A stretch of 32,000 nt of DNA from Candidatus Bathyarchaeota archaeon (GTDB lineage: Archaea > Thermoproteota > Bathyarchaeia > TCS64 > B23), in the NCBI GenBank assembly GCA_937898665.1, contig CALEIY010000127.1, forward strand, positions 9,810 to 41,809, read 5' to 3'. Both the position numbers and the translations under genes were made by a program. Below are positions 23,842-31,257 of the stretch, piece after piece. The notes under the pieces were generated by a model. The model was given only the letters and a program-made list of their open reading frames with translations. It was not told the origin of the DNA and made no database searches. Positions within the stretch are counted from its first letter, which is position 1, and every line of letters starts with the position of its first letter.

Positions 23842-25464
23842 TTGACCAAGTATGTCTTCATAACCGGTGGCGTCCTGAGTGGATTGGGTAAGGGGTTAGT
23901 GACCTGCAGCATCGGGAAGATGCTGCAGGTTCGAGGTTTCAAGGTTACGGCTGTGAAATGCGACCCCTACATCAACGTCGACGCGGGGACTATGAACCCC
24001 TATATACATGGCGAGGTCTTCGTCCTCGACGACGGCTATGAGGCCGACATGGATCTAGGCTCCTATGAGAGATTTCTAGGCGTAAACCTCACGAGGCTGA
24101 ACAACATCACCTCAGGCCAGATATATAAGACGGTCATCGAGCGTGAACGTCGAGGCGAATACCTTGGACGATGCGTACAGATAATTCCACACATCACCGA
24201 TGAGATCAAGCGTCGAGTGAGGCTGGTAGCCGAGAAGACGGATGTAGACGTCCTCCTCGTCGAGTGCGGTGGAACCGTCGGAGACATAGAGGGCCTCCCC
24301 TTCCTAGAGGCCTTCAGGCAGATGCGGCTGGAGGAGGCGCGAGGCGACACGCTGCTGGTTCACGTCACCCTAGTCCCCGTTCTCAAGGCCGTCGGAGAGC
24401 CTAAGACGAAGCCGACTCAGCACAGCGTTAAGGAGCTTAGGGCCATAGGGCTTCAGCCTGACATCATCGTCGCAAGATGCGAGTGGGGGCTGCTGCCGGA
24501 GGAGCAGAAGAGGAAGATAGCATTATACTGCAACGTCGAGGAGAGGGCTGTCTTCACATCGATAAACGTCGACCCCATCTATGAGCTGCCCCTAGTGCTG
24601 GAGGAGCAGGGTATGGGTGAACTCCTCTGCGAATACCTCGGCCTGGAGAGGCGTAAACCCGACTGGAGCGGATGGAGGGGGATAGTCCAGAGGTTTAAGG
24701 ATGCCAAGGAGACCGTCCGAATAGCCCTCTGCGGCAAATACGCCGAGTTCGCCGACGCCTACGTCAGCGTAAATGAGGCCCTTAGACACGCGGGGGCGGC
24801 TAACGGCTGTAGGGTGAACATAGAGTTCATAGAGACGGAGGAGTTTGAGGAGACCCCCAACAGCGTCGAGAAGCTCTCCGACTTCGATGGGATCCTCGTC
24901 CCAGGGGGATTTGGAGAACGCGGCGTCGAGGGTAAGATCGCAGCGATAGAGTATGCCAGAACGAGGGGCATACCCTTCCTCGGCATCTGCTACGGCTTCC
25001 AGCTCAGCGTCGTCGAGTATTCACGCCACGTCCTCGGCCTGGAGGGCGCTCACACCACCGAGTGCGACCCAGATACGCCGCATCCAGTCATCGACCTCCT
25101 GCCGGAGCAGCGGAGCATCGACGAGCTTGGTGGAACCATGAGACTTGGCTCCCAACCCGTGGTTGTGAAGCCTGGAACCCTCGCCCACAGACTCTACGGC
25201 TCGGAGCTGATATATGAGAGGCATAGGCATCGATGGGAGGTGAACCCAAGGTATTGGGATAGACTCGAGGAGGCGGGCGTCGTATTCTCCGGCTGGAGTC
25301 TAGATGGGAGGCGTAAGGAGATCATGGAGCTCCCCAATCACCCCTTCTTCCTCGCCACCCAGTTCCACCCCGAGTTTAAGAGCAGACCCTGGAAGCCCTC
25401 ACCCCCCTACTACGGCTTCATAAAGGCGGCTCTGGAGAGGAGGCTGGGGGCTAGAAGGCCTTAG
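23842..25464 (+). CDS. pyrG: CTP synthase
   Basis: [28 protein letters not shown], and the glutaminase domain GICYGFQ with [11 protein letters not shown] 23842 is the only start-type codon between the in-frame TGA at 23803-23805 and the conserved N-terminus. Confidence 0.95.
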   Translation: MTKYVFITGGVLSGLGKGLVTCSIGKMLQVRGFKVTAVKCDPYINVDAGTMNPYIHGEVFVLDDGYEADMDLGSYERFLGVNLTRLNNITSGQIYKTVIERERRGEYLGRCVQIIPHITDEIKRRVRLVAEKTDVDVLLVECGGTVGDIEGLPFLEAFRQMRLEEARGDTLLVHVTLVPVLKAVGEPKTKPTQHSVKELRAIGLQPDIIVARCEWGLLPEEQKRKIALYCNVEERAVFTSINVDPIYELPLVLEEQGMGELLCEYLGLERRKPDWSGWRGIVQRFKDAKETVRIALCGKYAEFADAYVSVNEALRHAGAANGCRVNIEFIETEEFEETPNSVEKLSDFDGILVPGGFGERGVEGKIAAIEYARTRGIPFLGICYGFQLSVVEYSRHVLGLEGAHTTECDPDTPHPVIDLLPEQRSIDELGGTMRLGSQPVVVKPGTLAHRLYGSELIYERHRHRWEVNPRYWDRLEEAGVVFSGWSLDGRRKEIMELPNHPFFLATQFHPEFKSRPWKPSPPYYGFIKAALERRLGARRP

Positions 25465-26202
25465 TCATCTCACCTGTCTTGAGAGGGAATGGTAGAGTTG
25501 TAGAAGTGCGTCGACGAGTTCATCCTCGGACTTCAATCCCGAGACGGCGAGGGGTATCCCCTCCCCCTCCGCCAGGGAGACCGCCAGGGGATCCACCTTC
25601 CCCCTAACGCCGTGGAGGACGACGATGCGGGGCTTTAGGGGGCTGATCTTCACGGCGATCATCGGAGACCTACCCCGACTGACGCCGGTGAAGACTAATG
25701 CCCTCTCACTGGTGGAGCCGAAGATTCGATAGAACTCCAATCCGGAGAGGGTTTGGATCGCCTTGAGGCTGTCGATGATGGTGTAGCCGTAGACCTCCCT
25801 ATCCAGCGCCTCTGGACATGCCAGCACCTCCCCCTCCACGGCCTCACATATCCTCCTGGCGGTGGCGGGGGAGGTGAACTCCCTCATATCTAGGAAGATG
25901 TCGCTGACGTCGATGGCGATCCTGGCCAGCTCCCTCGTGTAGCGCCCCCCACGCCTCTGATCGATTTCTAAGAGGGCCTCGACGAAGCGTTTGATGAAGT
26001 TGCTTCCAGGTGAGCGTCGACGGCCAGCCTCATAGTCGCTGATCACCGATGGCGAGCATCCCAGCTCCTCAGCCACCTCAACCTGGCTGGCCTGGAGGAG
26101 ATTACGCCACTTCCTCATCGCCAGGCCTGGATTCGGGGAGATGACGATCTCCCCTGCGATCCTCCTCATCAAGGCCTCACGGAGGGGATCCAATCCTCTC
26201 AT
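25465..26202 (-). CDS. XRE/Cro-C1-type HTH transcriptional regulator with an uncharacterised approximately 170-aa C-terminal domain
   Basis: HTH QASQVEVAEELGCSPSVISDYEAGRR. ATG 26202 (MRGLDPL...) lies about 31 nt downstream of TTAATTTTAT. The ORF-track start at 26349 runs into porB. The stop abuts the pyrG stop with no gap. Confidence 0.7.
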   Translation of the reverse strand: MRGLDPLREALMRRIAGEIVISPNPGLAMRKWRNLLQASQVEVAEELGCSPSVISDYEAGRRRSPGSNFIKRFVEALLEIDQRRGGRYTRELARIAIDVSDIFLDMREFTSPATARRICEAVEGEVLACPEALDREVYGYTIIDSLKAIQTLSGLEFYRIFGSTSERALVFTGVSRGRSPMIAVKISPLKPRIVVLHGVRGKVDPLAVSLAEGEGIPLAVSGLKSEDELVDALLQLYHSLSRQVR

Positions 26203-26228
26203 CCACGAAGTAGAAGGTGTGAGAAAAG

Positions 26229-26238
26229 ATAAAATTAA
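26229..26238 (-). promoter_or_regulatory. TATA-like box upstream of the XRE regulator gene
   Basis: The minus strand reads TTAATTTTAT, centred about 31 nt upstream of ATG 26202 in the AT-rich gap after porB. Confidence 0.4.
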
Positions 26239-26272
26239 GGGGTTGAGAAGATGAATGCCATAAAAAGGGAGA

Positions 26273-27253
26273 TTATAGGCCTGCCTTCTCCAGCAGCATC
26301 TCCCACCTGCGATCAACCCATCTCTGGATGCGTTCGATGAGGTCTCCACGCCTCTCAGGTCTGAAGAGATGTCTGAATCGCCCCTGGATCTTCAGATACT
26401 CCTCCACCGGCTTCTTACGCTCAGGCCTCTTCGCTATCGCCAGGCTTGGAGGCGACAGCTTGTAGATGGGCCTTCCATCCTCCACTCGGCATTCGTAGAG
26501 GGGGAAGAAGCAGGTCTCAACGGCCAGCCGAGCCACCTCGATCGTCTTGTTCGGCGGGAATCTCCAACCCCTACAGCAGGGTGAGATGGCGTGTATGAAG
26601 GCCGGCCCCTCCGTCTCGAAGGCGGCCCTCGCCTTCTGCATCAGATCCAGGGGATAGGCGGGGCTGACCGTCGCCGTGTAGGGTATCTCATGGGCGATGA
26701 CTATCTCATCGATGGGCTTCTTCCACTCCCTCTTACCGGGGATCACTGTTCCCGCTGGGCTTGTCGTCGTCCAGGCGCAGTAGGGTGTGCCACCGCTGCG
26801 CTGAATCCCCGTATTCATGTAGGCCTCGTTGTCGAGGAGAACATAGGTGAAGTCATGCCCCCTCTCAAGGGCTCCGGAGAGCGCCTGTAGACCTATGTCG
26901 TAGGTTCCGCCATCCCCTGCGAAGGCGACGACGTCGAGGGTCTCATACTTCGCCAGGGGTCCACGCCCCTTACGCCTCATCGCCCTCCAAGCCGCCTCTA
27001 TCCCGCTGGCGGTTGCGGCGGCGTTCTCGAAGGCGGTGTGTATCCAGGGTATACGCCAGGCTGAGTAGGGGAATATCGTCGTCGCAACTTCGAGGCAGCC
27101 GGTGGCCGTGGTGGCTATGATGGCTCCCCTGCTCGCCTTCAACACGAGTCGGGCGATGATAGGCTCGGCGCATCCGGCGCATAGCCTATGCCCCGAGGCC
27201 AGGAGGTCTGGCTTCTTCACCGCTTCCTTAAGGGTTATGGCCTTCGACATCAC
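26273..27253 (-). CDS. porB: 2-oxoacid (pyruvate-type):ferredoxin oxidoreductase, beta subunit (TPP-binding)
   Basis: CAGCAEPI, the TPP motif GDGGTYDIG...LDNEAYMNTG, and CCRGW. The start GTG 27253 / ATG 27250 overlaps the porA stop. Confidence 0.9.
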   Translation of the reverse strand: MMSKAITLKEAVKKPDLLASGHRLCAGCAEPIIARLVLKASRGAIIATTATGCLEVATTIFPYSAWRIPWIHTAFENAAATASGIEAAWRAMRRKGRGPLAKYETLDVVAFAGDGGTYDIGLQALSGALERGHDFTYVLLDNEAYMNTGIQRSGGTPYCAWTTTSPAGTVIPGKREWKKPIDEIVIAHEIPYTATVSPAYPLDLMQKARAAFETEGPAFIHAISPCCRGWRFPPNKTIEVARLAVETCFFPLYECRVEDGRPIYKLSPPSLAIAKRPERKKPVEEYLKIQGRFRHLFRPERRGDLIERIQRWVDRRWEMLLEKAGL

Positions 27254-28464
27254 ATCCTCACCCCCAGGAATCTGAGCTTCTCAACCGCCTCTCCACGCCT
27301 CTTCACCTCCAGCAGCTCCTCATAGGCCTCCTCGATTAGATGCGGCGGCGTATCCCTCCCTCCGAGGCCGTATATGTAGTCGACGATGATGGGATTCTCA
27401 TCGACGTCGTAGAAGATTGTTCTCAGCTCCTCGTATAGTGGGCCTCCAGGGGCGCCGAAGCTCATCGCCTTATCCAGGACTCCGACGACCTCCACATCCT
27501 TGAGGAGCTTCTGGAGCTCCTCCGTGGGGAAGGGTCTGAAGACCCTCATTCTCACCATCCCAACCTTCAGACCCCGCTTCCTCATCCTATCGACGACGTA
27601 TCGCACAGTCCCCATAGTTGATCCGAGGCCGATGAGGGCTACCTCAGCGTCCTCCATCATGTAGGGGTGCAGCAGCCTATACTCCCTCCCCGAAATCTCA
27701 GCGTACTCCTCATCTATCTCAGGTATCGCCTTCAGGGCTCTCTTCATGGCTTCGACCTGATGCATCTTATGCTCGAAGTAGAAGTCGTAGAGGTCTAAGG
27801 GGCCCATGGTCAACGGCTTCTCAGGGTCTAATCTGAACTCCGCCTCTCCGAGGTGTCCCTCGACCTTTATGTAGGGGCGCTCCCCGATGAAGTCTCTAAC
27901 AGCCTCATCACTGAGCGTCAGGACGTTCTCCATGGTGTGGCTGAGGGTGAAGCCGTCGAGGCAGACCATCACGGGAAGCTGGACGTCGAGGTGTTCACCG
28001 ATCCTCCAGGCCTCTATGCAGGTGTCATAGACCTCCTGGCTGTTCTCGCAGTATATCTGTATCCAGCCGCTGTCCCTCGCCCCCATGGAGTCGCTGTGAT
28101 CGTTGTGGATGTTGATGGGGGCGCTCATAGCTCTATTTGCGACGGCCATCACTATGGGCAGTCTAAGCGACGCAGCGATGTAGAGCATCTCCCACATCAA
28201 CGCAAGGCCGTTGGCCGCCGTCGCCGTGAAGGCCCTCGCACCGGCTGCTGCGGCTCCTATGCAGCAGCTCATGGCGCTGTGCTCCGATTCGACGGCGACG
28301 AACTCCGTGTCTACGAGGCCGTCGGCGACGTATTCGCTGAACCTCTCCACGATGATGGTCTGCGGCGTGATCGGGTAGGCGGCCACCACATCTGGGTTGA
28401 CCTGCTTTATGGCGTAGGCGGCTGCCTCATCTCCATTTAGGCCGAGGAGCTTCTGCCGCCTCAT
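27250..28464 (-). CDS. porA: 2-oxoacid (pyruvate-type):ferredoxin oxidoreductase, alpha subunit
   Basis: LNGDEAAAYAIKQVNPDVVAAYPITPQT and FVAVESEHSAMS. ATG 28464 forms an ATGA overlap with the porD stop, and the ORF-track ATG 28500 is probably over-extended. Confidence 0.9.
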   Translation of the reverse strand: MRRQKLLGLNGDEAAAYAIKQVNPDVVAAYPITPQTIIVERFSEYVADGLVDTEFVAVESEHSAMSCCIGAAAAGARAFTATAANGLALMWEMLYIAASLRLPIVMAVANRAMSAPINIHNDHSDSMGARDSGWIQIYCENSQEVYDTCIEAWRIGEHLDVQLPVMVCLDGFTLSHTMENVLTLSDEAVRDFIGERPYIKVEGHLGEAEFRLDPEKPLTMGPLDLYDFYFEHKMHQVEAMKRALKAIPEIDEEYAEISGREYRLLHPYMMEDAEVALIGLGSTMGTVRYVVDRMRKRGLKVGMVRMRVFRPFPTEELQKLLKDVEVVGVLDKAMSFGAPGGPLYEELRTIFYDVDENPIIVDYIYGLGGRDTPPHLIEEAYEELLEVKRRGEAVEKLRFLGVRM

Positions 28465-28736
28465 CCCTTCCTCACCATCCTTATAGCCCCTGCGGGGCAT
28501 TCATTTGCGCAGATTCCGCAGCCCTTACAGTATCGTAGATCGACCTCTGGGTGTCCGGCGTCGAAGCTTATCGCCCCCTCTGGGCAGTAGAAGTGGCAGA
28601 GGGTGCATCTGGTGCACTTCTCGAGGTCGAACTCTGGGCGTTCAACGCCCCAGTCGCCGGTGTGATATTCCAGCGATGACTTGTAGGGTATAGCCCCGAA
28701 GGGGAGCTCCCTCCATCCAGGCTTCTGCTCACTCAT
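28461..28736 (-). CDS. porD: 2-oxoacid:ferredoxin oxidoreductase, delta subunit (2x[4Fe-4S] ferredoxin)
   Basis: Two CxxCxxCxxxCP motifs (CTRCTLCHFYCP and CKGCGICANECP). ATGA overlap with the porG stop. Confidence 0.9.
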   Translation of the reverse strand: MSEQKPGWRELPFGAIPYKSSLEYHTGDWGVERPEFDLEKCTRCTLCHFYCPEGAISFDAGHPEVDLRYCKGCGICANECPAGAIRMVRKG

Positions 28737-29305
28737 CCCCTCTTCACCTCCTTATAGGCCGCCTCTATGACCTTGACGTTCAGCTCTCCCACCTCCCCCT
28801 TGAAACGTTCCCTAACCGCCTCCAGCAGCGACTCCAGCTTAACTATGCCAGCAGCCCTCAATAGGGCGCCGAGCATAACAGTGTTTGTTATCGGACGCTT
28901 CAGGACTTCGAGGGCCAGGCTTGTGGCGTCTATCGTCCAGACCTCGACGTCCTCACCCAATCCGAGCTGCCTCCTTATCTCCTCAGGGGAGCTGGGGGTG
29001 TTGACGATGATCTTACCCCCCGATTTCAGGCCCTCCACCACCGATGGCCCGAGGAGCGTCGGGTCGAGGACGACGACGAGGTCGGGTTCATAGATGCCTG
29101 AATGTATGTCGATGGGCTCATCGCTTATCCTGGTATAAGCCGTTATCGGTGCTCCAGCTCTCTCAGGTCCGAAGGCTGGGAAGCTCTGGACGTGTTTCCC
29201 CTCCTTCAGGCCTCCATGGGCGAGGAGGAGCGAAGCCGTCCAGGCTCCCTGTCCACCCCTACCGTGGAATCTCACCTCGATCATCGTGGGTCTCTCCGAA
29301 TCCAT
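28733..29305 (-). CDS. porG: 2-oxoacid:ferredoxin oxidoreductase, gamma subunit
   Basis: IEVRFHGRGGQGAWTAS.LLA....EGK.VQSFP.FGPERAGAP is the typical gamma-subunit N-terminus. The start is ATG 29305 or ATG 29284. Confidence 0.9.
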   Translation of the reverse strand: MDSERPTMIEVRFHGRGGQGAWTASLLLAHGGLKEGKHVQSFPAFGPERAGAPITAYTRISDEPIDIHSGIYEPDLVVVLDPTLLGPSVVEGLKSGGKIIVNTPSSPEEIRRQLGLGEDVEVWTIDATSLALEVLKRPITNTVMLGALLRAAGIVKLESLLEAVRERFKGEVGELNVKVIEAAYKEVKRG

Positions 29306-29315
29306 ACTCTGCTCC

Positions 29316-29339
29316 CATATTAAACATTAAACCTTAAAG
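29316..29339 (-). promoter_or_regulatory. AT-rich promoter region of the por operon
   Basis: The minus strand reads CTTTAAGGTTTAATGTTTAATATG directly upstream of porG. It contains two or three TATA-like elements 10-35 nt from ATG 29305. Confidence 0.45.
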
Positions 29340-29340
29340 T

Positions 29341-29364
29341 GAGGATGGATGCTGATTCATCCTC
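29341..29364 (-). terminator. Hairpin overlapping the pyrF stop codon (possible terminator or processing element)
   Basis: GAGGATGGAT-GCTG-ATTCATCCTC forms a 10-bp stem (one G:U pair) with a 4-nt loop. On the minus strand it is followed by T-rich sequence (CTTTAAGGTTTAATGTTT). Confidence 0.3.
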
Positions 29365-30235
29365 ATCCGAAGGCTTGCCGTCTAAGCCTATTCAGCTCGT
29401 CCCTCCTCCGCTCAGCCTCTCTCGCCGCCGCCTCGGCATACCTCTCCCAGCTAAGGCCCCTGACTTCATAGGCGTAGTCTATGGATCTGGAGGAGGCGAT
29501 GATGAGGCCCTCGCCTCTGCTGTTGGAGCCGAGTTTTATGGCTGCCGCTGGGTCTCCGCCCTGGGGGCCGAGGCCTGGGCTGAGGATTAGGGGTTCCTCG
29601 CCGATGATTTCTCTAACAGCGCCCAGCTCCTCTATGGCTGTACATCCGACGACGAAGCCGTTGGCCCCACGCCTATGGGCTTCGCGGGCGACTTTAATGT
29701 ATAGGGGTTCGCCTTCGACTATTAGGCCTTGAATTTCTCTCGCCCCTGGATTTGACATTCGACAGAGTGTGAAGATGCCCTTATCTCTCTCCTCGGCCCA
29801 GCGGTATATCACGTCGCATCCACCCTCGTATCCTGGGTAGGGGCTGAAGGTGATGGCGTCGAAGCCCGCAGCCCCTATCCAGTGTAGGGCTGCCTGATTA
29901 GTCGATGCTATGTCGCTGAGCTTCGCGTCTAGGAGCGCCAGGCAGTTGGCTTCATGGATGGCCTCCACGATCTCCTTGAGGTCTTCGAGGCTGAGGAGGT
30001 AGGTTAGGTATTGGGCGTTGGGCTTGATCATCGGGGTGTAGGGGGCCACAGCCTCTATGATGTCTAGGCAGAAGTGTTTAACTCCCTCTCCTAGGCCATA
30101 ACGCTCTATGAGGGGGTGTGGAACCAGGTAGCGCTCCCTCATCCCCCTCACAGCTGGGTCTAGGCCTACGCAGAGGATGCTCTCTTTTTCCCTGCTCAGC
30201 TCTAGGTATCGCTTTACGAAGCCTTTCCCCAACAA
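29363..30235 (-). CDS. pyrF: Orotidine 5'-phosphate decarboxylase (long/type 2 form)
   Basis: ILCVGLDP, IKPNAQY, LLDAKLSDIASTN (DxKxxD-type), and LSPGLGPQGG. TTG start at 30235. Confidence 0.85.
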   Translation of the reverse strand: MLGKGFVKRYLELSREKESILCVGLDPAVRGMRERYLVPHPLIERYGLGEGVKHFCLDIIEAVAPYTPMIKPNAQYLTYLLSLEDLKEIVEAIHEANCLALLDAKLSDIASTNQAALHWIGAAGFDAITFSPYPGYEGGCDVIYRWAEERDKGIFTLCRMSNPGAREIQGLIVEGEPLYIKVAREAHRRGANGFVVGCTAIEELGAVREIIGEEPLILSPGLGPQGGDPAAAIKLGSNSRGEGLIIASSRSIDYAYEVRGLSWERYAEAAAREAERRRDELNRLRRQAFG

Positions 30236-30262
30236 CTCTAAGGGGTATAGGCCTTCTGGGCC

Positions 30263-30298
30263 TTTAAAGATGGAGGGTTATAAGGGGCTTTATAAGGG
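30263..30298. promoter_or_regulatory. Divergent promoter region with three TATA-like elements, including a tandem TTATAAGGG duplication
   Basis: TTTAAAGA (about 31 nt from the pyrF start at 30235), then GGGTTATAAGGGG and CTTTATAAGGGC. The last is about 35 nt upstream of TTG 30328. Confidence 0.4.
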
Positions 30299-30327
30299 CT
30301 GTAGCCCTCCTGATCCATGAGAGTTCC

Positions 30328-30840
30328 TTGGAGGAGGTTAGGAGGCTTCTCAGGATTAGGGAGGGGCTGGAGGAGAGGATTAGGCGTCTAGAGGGGGAGC
30401 TGGAGGATCTCCGTAGAGTCCTCGCCGAGGTTGATCGATTGATAGCTCACCTCGGCTTTAGGAGGGCTGATGAGGGGGTTGGAAGCTCGGCCTCCTTGAA
30501 GGGGAAGAGCGGGGTTCTCCTGGGAACTCTGAGATGCGATGGGAGATCCATTATCTTTGAGCCTAGAGGCGACGTTGGATTCTCCGCCTCCTCCCCACTT
30601 TTCCGAGTCTTCGTCCTGGAGCGGACTCTGGAGAAGATGAGGAGGGAGGATGAGAGGAGGGCCTCTAAGGGTGAGATATCCCCTGATGATGTTCTCTCCT
30701 ACGAGGTTGAGACCGATGGCGATCGAATTGTTAGACTCGTCATTCGGAATTATGGTGATGAGAGGAGGTTTAGGGAGATTAGAAGCAGTCTTCGATGGGC
30801 CTTCGATAGGATGTATGAGCGGCTTACTTCGAGGGGGTGA
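30328..30840 (+). CDS. Hypothetical protein (N-terminal coiled coil plus an unrecognised domain)
   Basis: 170-aa ORF with gene-like composition, starting with a heptad-like EEVRRLLRIREGLEERIRRLEGELEDLRRVLAEVDRL. TTG start. Its stop overlaps the next ORF start (GTGA). No family recognised. Confidence 0.5.
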   Translation: MEEVRRLLRIREGLEERIRRLEGELEDLRRVLAEVDRLIAHLGFRRADEGVGSSASLKGKSGVLLGTLRCDGRSIIFEPRGDVGFSASSPLFRVFVLERTLEKMRREDERRASKGEISPDDVLSYEVETDGDRIVRLVIRNYGDERRFREIRSSLRWAFDRMYERLTSRG

Positions 30841-31094
30841 GTCGCTTGGACGACGATCTAGAGCGAAGCCCCCTCTGGCTGATCCTCGTGGAGGTGGTTC
30901 ACAGACTGCCGATGTATAGGTATCATAAAGCCTATGTCAGGGATCACATCCTCCTAGAGGATCCCGAGATAACGGCTGAGGAGCTCTCGAAGAGACTTGA
31001 TATACCCTTGGGGGAGGCCCTGGTCATACTCAGCGAGCTTAGAGGCGGCTTAAAGGAATCTAAGCAGCATGAAGGCGAGGAGGATGAAGTCTAG
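30837..31094 (+). CDS. Hypothetical small protein, possible HTH, acidic tail
   Basis: 85 aa. ITAEELSKRLDIPLGEALVILSEL looks like a helix-turn-helix, and the C-terminal tail EGEEDEV is acidic. GTG start coupled to the upstream ORF. Confidence 0.4.
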   Translation: MSRLDDDLERSPLWLILVEVVHRLPMYRYHKAYVRDHILLEDPEITAEELSKRLDIPLGEALVILSELRGGLKESKQHEGEEDEV

Positions 31095-31244
31095 GGCGAT
31101 GACGATCATGGAGGCTGTGAAGATGATCCACCAGACTCCTCCACGCCTGTAGGCTTTATTGAGGGCTTCTCTTAAGTCTCTGGCGACGTTTAGGATTCGA
31201 TCCAGGAATCCCTTAGACAATTCAATATGTAAACTTACATCCAC
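31050..31244 (-). CDS. Hypothetical small tail-anchored membrane protein
   Basis: C-terminal TM segment VWWIIFTASMIVIALDFILLAFMLL. TTTTAAAT at 31245-31252 suggests transcription starting near TTG 31220 rather than GTG 31244. It overlaps the convergent ORF by 45 nt. Weak call. Confidence 0.3.
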   Translation of the reverse strand: MDVSLHIELSKGFLDRILNVARDLREALNKAYRRGGVWWIIFTASMIVIALDFILLAFMLLRFL

Positions 31245-31257
31245 ATTTAAAACTATG

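Noticed and set aside
26203-26349. Long form of the XRE regulator ORF starting at 26349
   Set aside because: It would overlap the porB 3' end by 77 nt, and it encodes a Cys/Trp/Arg-rich segment unlike the rest of the protein. An AT-rich TATA-like box sits at the right distance from ATG 26202.
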